Made by a program: the position numbers and the translations under genes. A stretch of 64,000 nt of DNA from Eledone cirrhosa (Eukaryota): the NCBI GenBank assembly GCA_964016885.1, contig OZ024745.1, forward strand, positions 48,856,001-48,920,000, in the 5' to 3' direction. The notes below the pieces were generated by a model that saw only the letters and a program-made list of their open reading frames with translations, was not told where the DNA came from and made no database searches. Of the stretch, positions 1-11,200 are shown one piece after another (position 1 is the stretch's first letter; every line of letters starts with the position of its first letter).

Positions 1-917
1 AAGTCCATTGCCAGACGTCGGAGCTTCAATGAATCCATGCCCAGGGAAGCAAGGCGTTCAGAGTATGGTAGGTGTCTGATGGAGGGTATGCGCTTGGTTG
101 CACGTCTCTGAACAGTTTCCAGGAGGTCAATGTTCTGAGCAAGATAGGGGTTCCAGACTGATGATGTGAATTCCAAGTGTGGTCGTACCATAGCTGTATA
201 CAGTTTTAAATAGATGGCTGGAGAGCGGCTAACAAAGGTCTTGCTGAGTGATGTCAAGACACCCTCGGCCTTCTTGACAATCTTAGAGACATGCTTTGTC
301 CAACGCAAATCACTGCTGACAGTAATGCCCAGGTCACGTTCACAAGAGGACTTCTTGATATCAGTGTTGTGGAGGAAGTATGTGGACGCTGGATTTTTCC
401 TCCAAAAATGCATGGTGGTACACTTGTCCACAGCCAGCTTCAGTTGCCAGTCTGTGATCCATTGCTGCATTGTGTCCAGGTCTGATTGTAGGAAAGAGTT
501 GTAGATTTCAGGATCAGTCCTTTTGATTTCAAGGTACAGCTTGATGTCATCTGCATATTTCAGTACCGTGGCATTCTGTAAGTTGGCATTTATGTCATTA
601 ATATATGCCACAAACAAAAGGGGACCAAGAACAGATCCCTGTGGTACACCAGATGACATCTCATATGGTGAAGAATGCTGTCCTAGAACCGTGACTACCT
701 CTTTTCGGCTGAGAATGAAGGATGTCAACCAGTCGAAAAGATCATCCCTCACACCCATTGCAGAGAGTTTTGCCATAAGTCTTTTGTGTGGTACAGAATT
801 AAAAGCCTTAGCAAAGTCAAGGTAAACAACATCCACCCATGAGCCGCTGTCAGTGATCCGGGTGATGTCTTCAAGGAACTCGATAAGCTGATCACAGCAG
901 CTGGAGTTAGGGATAAA
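1..917 (-). mobile_element. CR1/L2-clade LINE ORF2 (reverse transcriptase) fragment, 5'-truncated, running off the left edge, in BTAF1 intron 16
   Basis: Stop-free minus frame of ~305 codons: FIPNSSCCDQLIEFLED..YLDFAKAFNSVPH..GVPQGSVLGPLLF..YADDIKLY..ERDLGITVSSDLRW..VRPHLEF..VWNPY..VQRRATK. Absent from the ORF track because it has no stop inside the window. Confidence 0.92.
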
Positions 918-924
918 TATGTTG

Positions 925-1075
925 ATGCAATCTAAGATGTGAATAAAGTTTACAGTGTGACTGCAGGGTATGAGTACAAACTAGAGTGTAACCGCAGTCT
1001 AAGGTGTGACTGTAGTCTGAGATGTGACTGCAATCTAAGGTTGGGACCGCAACCCAAGGTTTAGATACAATCTAG
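925..1075. repeat. Degenerate ~18-bp minisatellite
   Basis: Successive units such as cagtctaaggtgtgactg / tagtctgagatgtgactg / caatctaaggttgggaccg / caacccaaggtttagata. Confidence 0.7.
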
Positions 1076-2036
1076 TTTGTATCCTCCATTACTAGGCCTC
1101 AGTTCTTTTCAATCCCATCCAAAAGAATGTTTTAACATAATCAGAAATTGAAATATTTCTCTAGAACAAAGGGCATTCAACTGTGTCTATAAATCAAATC
1201 CAATAACTAAACTTTTTTTTACCATAATAATCAACACCCATTAAATGATTGATCAGGAAATACACCTGATTTATCAATCTGCAAACTAATAGATATAGAA
1301 ATTATGTTAGAATAATTACTTAGGCTATCCTTAAAGGATGGATCGTTCATCAGTTTTGATGATGAATATTTAGTTGTTCAATCAAATAAACTTCCAACTC
1401 ATGAATTAACATGTAAGTGGTTGAGTATTCCAGAGACGTGTAATTCCTAAGCTGAACCAATGCGACATATGTGACAAGGCTGAGCCTTTAAATTACAGGC
1501 ATAATCCAATCAACATGCTTCCATACAGTTTCTCTCAACCCAATTTTACTTATAAGGCTTAGGTCAATCTCAGGCTATGATATAGAAGACTCTTGCCGAA
1601 GATGCCAAATAATGGAATCAAACCCGGGACCTAATGATTGTGAAGCAAGCTTTGTAACCGCTCAACTATGTCTGTATTCACATAATAATAAATCAAAGGA
1701 ATTCTCTCACACACAAACAATTACTAAGTCTAAAATGTTAACTGTATTATAATAAAATTGGATAACTAAGAAAATATTATCTAAAATGAAATTAAGGACA
1801 AACATCATTTTTTAATGTGTTTTCCCTGATAGCAAAGGTTAGACTAACATATATACAAACATAAACCCACAATATGACTGGAATAAGAAAAAATACAAGA
1901 AGCAACATGATTTGAATTATTAAATTTCCAACATATGGAAAGATATGACTAGAATGATTTAAACTAAATTAATACAAGTTAAGGATAATAAAGCAAGACT
2001 AAAAGATTTCTAAAAAATACCAAAAATGTAACTCAC

Positions 2037-2206
2037 TTTGCTCCAACCATTCTTGCTCTGGTAGTACAGATATCACCTTCAACCATAGAATCATTGTAAC
2101 TATCAACACCACCTAGAAAATCCTTTTGTTTCATACTAGCTTCTGTGTTGAAATTTATGCAATTTTCAGTTGTCTGACGATGTGGATTTTTCTGAAGCTG
2201 TTGATC
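2037..2206 (-). CDS. BTAF1: BTAF1 exon 16
   Basis: [27 protein letters not shown]; tag/gtgagt. Confidence 0.92.
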
Positions 2207-5200
2207 CTAGAAAATAAATTAAGCCAATAAAATTAAATAATAAAATTAAATTAGGTAATTCATAAAGATAACATTTGTCAACAAAAATCCTTAAAACCAC
2301 AAATTTAATGTTGATAAAAACTTACCCTTCCTTTATGTTTTGCTTCAAGTATATAAGCTGGATCAAAAGGAATTCTTGCATGCTGCATGAGAAGGCAAAA
2401 CCAAACTCCTAACCAAGCTACAGAAGCTTCAGTTAAATTTTCTAAAGGTGCTTGCAGCAATATCTGATCCCAGACCTTGAAAAATACAAATACATACAAA
2501 TAATCAATACAGAATAGAGAGGGGAAACATTTCATTTTTTATTTATTTCATCATCATCATCACCGTTTTACGTCCGTTCTTCCACGCTAGCATGGGTTAG
2601 ACGGGTTGTCCTGTTGTGGGCAGTGTCTGGTCGGCTGACCATGCCTTGCTCATACAGGAACTGATCTGGCTTGATTTCTACAGCTGGATGCCCTTCCTAA
2701 CACCAACCTCATTTACAGTGAGTGCTGGGTGCTTTTTCGTGGCGCCTACACGTCCACTTTACAGTGTGGGCTGGGTGCTTTTTTGCCGTGGCACCTCCAC
2801 GACCACCTTGCGGGGGTGGGGGGGGAGGGGGGCATATTGTTTATATGCTTCAGCATGTACCCATGGGAGGTCGGGTACCCTGTATTACTGCGTGACGCCA
2901 GAAGTCACGGTCGTGTGTCATTGACTTTGAGAGGTGTAGTTGGGTAAGGTCGGCTTTTATCACCTCATCCCAAGTCATCTTGGGTCTCCCCACTCCGCGG
3001 TTTCCATCAACTTCTAGTGCTCTGCACCTTTTTATGCATGGAGGAGTTTAAGACCGGATGCCCATGGGAACTCCTGACAGTAATGCCCATCCTCATGATG
3101 ACGATTATGATGACTGTTACTTTAAAAAAAACACAAACAACTATCAGATATTTCAGAGAAAAAAGTTTAAAAGCTATGTTAAAATTAATTAATGAAAAAT
3201 TATTTTTGAAATTCTTTCTCAAATAAATAAAAGATAATTTAAATATTTAATAACCACACTTTTTCAACAAGCTTCAAAATCTCAGGATTGGGTTCTAGAA
3301 GAGCTCGTTGGAAGATGTGTCGTAGAGAATCACACAACAGAGGTACAAGCCAGTTCTTAGGGTGATTCTGAAATATTAAAAAATTAAATTAAGTTCCAAA
3401 CAGAAATGTAATTTACATATAAACTAATTTCCTACATCTTGCCAAAAAGAGTTGAGGGGACTCTTTAGTCATGTCAAGGACATAACAACCTCTCTAATGC
3501 TGGCACAATAAACTGCACCCAGTACATTCTGTAAAATGAGCATCCATAGAAACCATGATAAACAAAGCATTAAGTGGACTCTTTAGACATGTAATAGGCG
3601 TAATAACCTCCCTTGTGTAGGTGTTGTGATAAAATGCACCTAGTATATTTTGTAAAGAAGTTATTGTTAGTAGGGCAATAGAAAACATGTCAAAACCGGA
3701 ACATATGTAAGAAAGATATGGCCTCTGGTCCATTTAAGAGGACAGAAACCATGACTTGTGAAGCAATGCATCAAAATATAGAGTTATACTCAGATCAGAG
3801 ACCTGGTCAAGATACTTGGCATAAAATGGACTTTGCTAAATACATGCAAGGGCCAGTTTAGTCGTGTCAGATTGAGGGACAGACAAAAATATACCACACT
3901 GTCCATCTACACAGTTTCTGTCTAACCAGTTTCACTGGTTCAAGCTTATGGTAAAAGACCCTTGCACAAAAGGCCCCAATGTGTTGTTGAAGCTGGAATC
4001 ACATGATTGTGAAGTAAATATCTTAACCCCAATGCCATAACTGCAGCTATAAATTACATTATAGAGTATAAGATTCAATATATCACCAATGCAGAAAAAA
4101 GAGATTGAGGATGGTAATTGTTTCTACTATAGGCACAAGGGCAGAAAATTTGGGGGAGGGGAAAGTAGATTAAATCGACCCTAGGGTATAATTAGTGCTT
4201 TATTTTATCGACCCCGTAAGGATGAAAGGCTAAGCTAACCTAGGTGGAATTTGAACTCAGAACGTAAAGGGCCATAACTATGCTGCAAAGCATGGTGTCT
4301 GACGCTCTACCGATACTGAAGTTAGTATGATATTAATAATAATTTCTAATTTAGGCACAAGGCAAGCAATTTTGAGAGTGAGGAAGTTGATTATATCAAC
4401 CACAGTTCTTGGCCAGTCCTTTATTTTATCGACCCCAGAAGGATGGAAGGCAAAGTTGCTTATGGCAGGATTTGAACTTAGAACACAGAATAATGGAATG
4501 AATACTGTAAGGCATGTTGTTCTGTGTTCTAACAATTCCACTAATAATAAAAGTATACAAGATTTTAAATCATGAAAATATATTCATTTACCTTTGGGTG
4601 TTCCAAAATTAGTAACGTGTGAAATGTTTTCAGGGAAGCTTTTCGTACAGATGCAATATTGTGACGTAGAAAAGGCCAAAGTCTGGGAACCAATTCCACT
4701 AGTGAATGTCCAGAACTAAAATGAAAATTTAGAAAAATATTTTAATTTTATATTGAGAATATGGAGGCACATGGCTTAGTGGTTAGAGCATTGGCCTTGC
4801 AATCAAAAGGTTGTGAGTTCAATTCTCAGACTGGGTGATATGTTGTTTCCTTGAGCAAGGCACTTTATTTCACATTGCTCCAGTTTACTCAGCTGTAGAA
4901 ATGAGATGATAGGGACTGGGGTCCATATCATTCCACTGCAAAGTGGTCGTGGAGGTGCCACAGCAAAAAAGCACCCAGCACTCACTGTAAATGAGGTTGG
5001 TGTTAGGAAGGGCATCCAGCTGTAGAAATCAAGCCAGAATCAGTTCCCGTCCCACCCTTGCAAGCAGGGAAAAGTGGACGTAAAATGAAATGATGATGAT
5101 GATGAGAAAACGCACTAGTGCTAATACCATGATAAAATGTACCCAATACACTTTGTAATATACTAGCAACCAAACTGAGACCAATATAAGGTTAAGAAAA

Positions 5201-8200
5201 CCCCTTCAATCCTATTGAGGACATAAACTCTATGATAGAAAGCACCCCAGTACACTCTGTGAAGTGATTAGCATTAGAAAGGGTAACCAGCTGTAGACAT
5301 TATACCAAAGATGGAATGCACAAACAAGACAAAGTTCTCAAGTCTGTTTGTTCCAAAGCATGACAACCTATCCAACACATGCAGGCATTAAAAGTGAGTA
5401 TGAAGTAATGATAATGATAAATTTTATTGGTCACAGAAATAAGTCATAGCAAATTTAATGTTGAAGATTAATATGATGTTCACATCAGAGGCAACACTTC
5501 ATCATCATCATCATCATTTTACGTCCGCTTTTCCCTGCTTGCAAGGGTGGGACGGCAACTGATTCTGGCTTGATTTCTACAGCTGGATGCCCTTCCTAAC
5601 ATCAACCTCATTTACAGTGAGTGCTACGTGCTTTTTTTTCTGTGGCACCTACACGTCCACTTTACAGTGTGGGCTGGGTACTTTTTTGCCGTGGCACCTC
5701 CACGACCACAGTCCTAACATCTCATTTTTACAGCTGAGTGAACTGGAGCAATGTGAAATAAAGTGTCTTGCTCAAGGAAACAACACATCACCCGGTCTGA
5801 GAATTGAACTCACAACCTTTCAATTGCAAGCCCAATGCTCTAACCACTAAGCCATGCGCCTTCACATGAAAATAAGAAACACTAAAGATAAACTGTCTTT
5901 ACGAAAAGCAGGAAGCACAAGAAAATTATAACTCATTCCTCAATCAACTGAAAGAGTTTAAGATATCTTACACAATAATCTTTAAGAACATTGAAAAACA
6001 GTGACATCACCATATTCATAGCCACCTTTCTAGAGTTGGGTAGGTTTTGGGGAGTAAATTTTTATGGCTTTCCTCATGTAAACATTTACTTTAATTTTAA
6101 GTATTGTATAAACTGTTAATCCTTGTCAAACCAGTTTTATAGTGGGACTTGTCACTGCTAGCTTATAAAAGGTGTCAATATGAAGAGGCATGGAGAGAGA
6201 GAGAGAGAGAGAGAGAGACACACACACACAACAGACTTCCCTATAGTTTCCATCTACTAAATTCCTTCACAGGGAATTGGATAGCATAGGGTTAGAGAAC
6301 ACTTGAGCAAAGTGTCGATCAGTGTGATTACACCCACTGGATACAAACTTCTTAAAAACACACCCATTAATATTTATCAATAGTTTAAATGTTTTTACTA
6401 TTAAAAGAAAGTTTCTAAAAGTGTAAACATCCAGCTGACTTATAAAGCATTGAGAAATTTGAAAATATAGTTGCCCCAATGCAGATAACTATAATAACAG
6501 TTGATAACTATATATGATTGTTGAAAAAAATTGGGTAAAGTACCCCTGGATACAATTTTTCAACTATCATTTATAGTTATCAACTATTATTATAGTTATG
6601 CCAAGGTTAACTTTGCCTTTCATCCTTACGGGGTCGATAAAATAAAGTACCAGTAATGTACTGGGTAATTGCTGGCCTTGTGCCAAAAGTGGAAACAATT
6701 ATAGTTATCTGTGTTGGGGTAACTATATTTTCAAATTTCAAAGTTTCTAAAGTATATGCTAGAAATACTTTTGCTAATCTTACTGAAATGGAATAAAATA
6801 TGACTCAAATAATAAAAAATATTTTCTTCACCATTGAGTAGATTCTTCTCCTTCAGGGTAGCACAGTAATGTTGAAAGCAAGGTCATAATGCTGTTAGTA
6901 GATGCAGTTAGGTCATCCAGGTCTAATAATATCTCCCATAGCATTGATATAATTCTCGGAACCTGTATCAACAAAATAAGGATTTCAAAGTCAGAAATGG
7001 AACATTTATTCTTAACATCTTGTAATGATTTAACAAAGAATATCTAAAAATGGATTTCTTAATTCAAATGTTTATAGTATATTTATGTACAGATTTGTTG
7101 TGAAAATGTGCAGTATTCAGTGTAAAGACATTAATTTGTACTTTTCAAGAATGTTTTGCTAAATAGTGTAGATTTCTATCTGACTATTAAAGTGTTTTAA
7201 AGTATATGTTTATTGACAATTTAATAAAATATACAGAATAAAATAATATCTAACTACATCTTCACTTAACTCAATGTCCTGTACCACATGAAACTGCATT
7301 AGTAAGATGTTCTTGAAAAATACAAACAGTACAATGATTGCATAGCATCAAAAATTAAAGTTTCTCCTTTAGTGCAATGATTTGTTTACTAATAAAGATA
7401 CTATAAACATTTGAAGTAACAAACCCATTTTTAGAAATCGTCTGTTAAATCATTATAAAGATGTTAAGAATTGATCACATCATCATACAATATTTACAAA
7501 CTGAAATAACTATATAATATAAATATACTAATATAAATATCTATTTTATAACAATTTCATCTTTAACAGCAGTGATTGAATTGTCTATATCAACATCGTT
7601 TCTATGAAGATTTTAAAAAGCAATAGTCAAAACATACCTCATTTGGTAAAAGATTGACTAACTCATTGCAAACTGGGACAAGAGCAGTAGCTGCAACTGC
7701 TCTCACATCATCATCATCATCTTTTAAACCCTCAAGGATACATGGTAGAATTTTGGGTAATAATTCATTTGTCATATTCTGAAACAAATGTTTGGCAGTT
7801 TATAAAAACAAAATATGTATTGAGAAGAGTAATGAAGAAAGGTATTTCTCATAAAAATTACTTAAATTATTCATTTACTATTTTCAGTAATTCCACTGCA
7901 GCCATGCTAGGACATCACCTTCAAGAATTTTATGTGATTATATCAGCCCCAGTACTTTGTCTGGCATTTATTTGACCTCAGAGAGGGACAAAAATGGCAA
8001 AGAAAATTGGCAGTCATTAGAGCACAGGACAAAATGCCTTGAGATATTTTTTCTGGCTCTCTATGCTCAGAGTTCAAATCCTGCAACAGTCAACTTTCAT
8101 CCTTTCAGGGTTGGTAAAATAACGTACCAAGATACTTTTGTCATATTTTATCATTCCTTACACACACACAAAATGTATATGTATATTAAATGTACACCAT

Positions 8201-11200
8201 ATCTATACACTGTTTACATGATTTACAATAACCATAGCTCAGTTGTTTTTTTTTTAAAACCAGGTTAGGCCTCATCTAGCAGACCTATGATAAAAACAAT
8301 CTAGCTGAGAAACCCCATCCATATTTTTTATAGTGTATCTAGGACTGAATCATCCAATGTGTGATATAAAGTAGAATTGACTGTTATTTCTAGCAGGTCG
8401 AGCATCTAACCATCCACATGAAGACTTTGTCTTTGCTGGGGCAAGTTAGAAATTAACTTCAGTGAAATTGCCCATTGAACTTGTTACATGCTTTTATTCT
8501 TTTACTAGTTTCAGTCATTGGAACCCAGTACTTTATTCACTCTTATTCAGTACATTTTATTTATTGTTTTGCTAGGTCTGGTATAGCCATAGTTTTAACA
8601 GGCCCCTTTAAATCTGTGATATTAAGGCTGTTGATGTTCCATTTAAACTATTGCAAGTCAACACCTGCCAAAAAGACATGAACAGAGAGGGAATTCACGT
8701 TCTGGCTAAAGTGGTTAGTGTGGGCTTGGAAGGTTCAACACAACATGAGGAGGAGAGATAAATGAGTTGGGAGTATATAAGTGGAAATGGCATGAGACCA
8801 TCAGTTTCAAGGAGCAGAGGCCATTTTAGTGGCATTAGAGAAGACAGAGAAAAGAGATGGTATATCTGTGGGCCTGATCCAGAAGTTGATTTACACCAAT
8901 TTAGCCAAATAGCTTTTCTCTGTCTGTAGTCTAGTCTGTCTTATTTATAGACTTGCTGAGATATGCTTTTGACACAATACCATTTCATTCTGAAACAAAT
9001 GTTTTAAATAAAAAAGAACCAGAAAAACCAGAAAAACAATCCTTTGAAGACCTCTTTCTTCGCTAAAGCAAGAGTTAACCATGCAAGCCCTACAAGCTTC
9101 ACACTCATCATGGAGTCCTTTTTGATGTGTTTTATGATGAGATGCCCTTCCTGGTACCAAGTCCTTTTAGTTGCCTCTTACAACATGCAAGGATATGGTA
9201 CACATATTCTAAACTGGATATTCACATGTAACAAACAAGAAAAATAAATTATGAAATTACCTTCCTGACAGCTAATAAATATTTTAGTCCAAGGAGTCCT
9301 CCATGTCGCACTTCCCATTGGGACTGTCCCAAAAGAGCCAACAAAGCAGAAACAACACTGTGCACACCATCAGTGTCAAGCAAGTGAATAACAACTCCAA
9401 GAGTTTGTGCACAGGTTTCTCTCACTGGTGCAACAACCTAGAAAAGAATAGTTCACTACATTAAAATGACTAAGTAAGAAGCTATCTTATTTAAATTTCA
9501 CATAACTCAAAGGAAAGATAAAGGAACCAATTTCATTTTCTCACTACATCAAACATACACATTTAAAAAATACATATAAATAAATAAAGGAAATAAATAT
9601 TAAACATGATTTTAGTGATCTGCATATTTATAACCATAAAACATGTACTTTGTTTGTAGTTTAGTCGCTAAAAGCAATCAAGAGCCAGCTTTTGGTGATA
9701 TGTTAAATTGGAAAACAAATTAAGTCAACCACTCAAGTATGCCACAATGGAATTTGAACTTAAACAGTAAAGAACTGAAACAAATACTGCAAAACAATGT
9801 CAGGGACAATAATAATTCCACCAATTTGCTGCCTTTGAGTTGAACTCAATGTGCATTGGACACAAATACCGCAAGGTATTTATAAAACTTCTGCCAATTC
9901 TCTGAGCTTATTTCAATATATCAATCAGAAATTTAATTATCAGTTATCAAAAATATGGAAAATATCTAATAAACACATTAGTTTACATGCTATAATAGTT
10001 CATAAAATCATTCTCTGAACAGAATTCTGATTTTCATATTAACTCTTTCATTACCATATTTCTATACACTGCCTATGACTTTCAAATAACTATGAAATTA
10101 ATCAAAAATTTGGAAGGATCTAGTAGTATAACTAACTGTTGTATGAATCATAACAAAAGATCTTAAATAGTATTATGATGGAACATATAAAATTTAAATA
10201 TGGACATTTTAAAACATAGAGCTTTGTATTATGGTTTCGGGTGGTTAAGGGAGTTTTATTCAAAATATTATCAATAATATGTGATAAAATCTAATATTAC
10301 CTCATCAGCAACAAAATCACCAAACCGATCCAGTGCCAAAACACACAACAGACGAAGTGAAAGATCACACAGCCAGGTTTGATTTATTGATAACATCTTC
10401 AATATAAAATGAAAGTAAACAATCATGCATTACATATATTCATTATAACCTAAAATGTTGTTAATGATAAAAATATCAAATTACATTATCAGTAATTGTT
10501 TGACTTTTCCTGTCACAAGTTTTAGATTTTATTTAATTCTAAAGTGAGGGCCTAAACATAAAGTAGTAGAGAAGACTGGACAGAGCAGAGATCAGAATAT
10601 ATCAATGACTTAGCAGAGAATCACTCAAAAAGAGGAAGACAAACAATGAATTGCAGAAGATAATGGAAATAGAGTTAGTGATGAGTGAAAAGAAAAGGGA
10701 TAAGATGGTTAGAGAAAGAATGAAAGTGACTGAATGAGAGAAATTACGGAAATGAATGTGGAAGGAAATAAAGGAAGAGGAAGGCCAAGAAAGACATAGC
10801 TAAAGATGGAGCAAGAAATGCTATTACTGAAACAAAATGTTTTATTTGCTCCTTACAATATGCAAAGATATGGTGCGTCAAACCCATGCAAGCATGAAAA
10901 ATGGACATTAAACAATGATGATGATGTACCATATGTGCAAAGAGAACTGCTTTGTAATTATCAATGACAAAAGATCCTTAAACAACTACACACAAAAAAT
11001 TCAAGCTTAACAACAAAAAATACAATATCTCTCAAGAAAACATACATCACACCTTTACTTGTGCACTATTAAACTCTGTCTTTTCTATCACTACAATATT
11101 CTCTGCTCTTTTGAACTTGCAGTCCATATATTACCTACATCTGAACCAACCCATCTCTTAGTAACTGGAATTGATCTGATCAACTGAAACTCTTGTATGT

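Noticed and set aside
214-825. Plus-strand ORFs of 64-100 aa
   Set aside because: Antisense shadows of the CR1/L2 RT frame.
4763-4835. tRNA-like sequence with A and B boxes
   Set aside because: SINE head continuing into repeat body; no proper acceptor stem.
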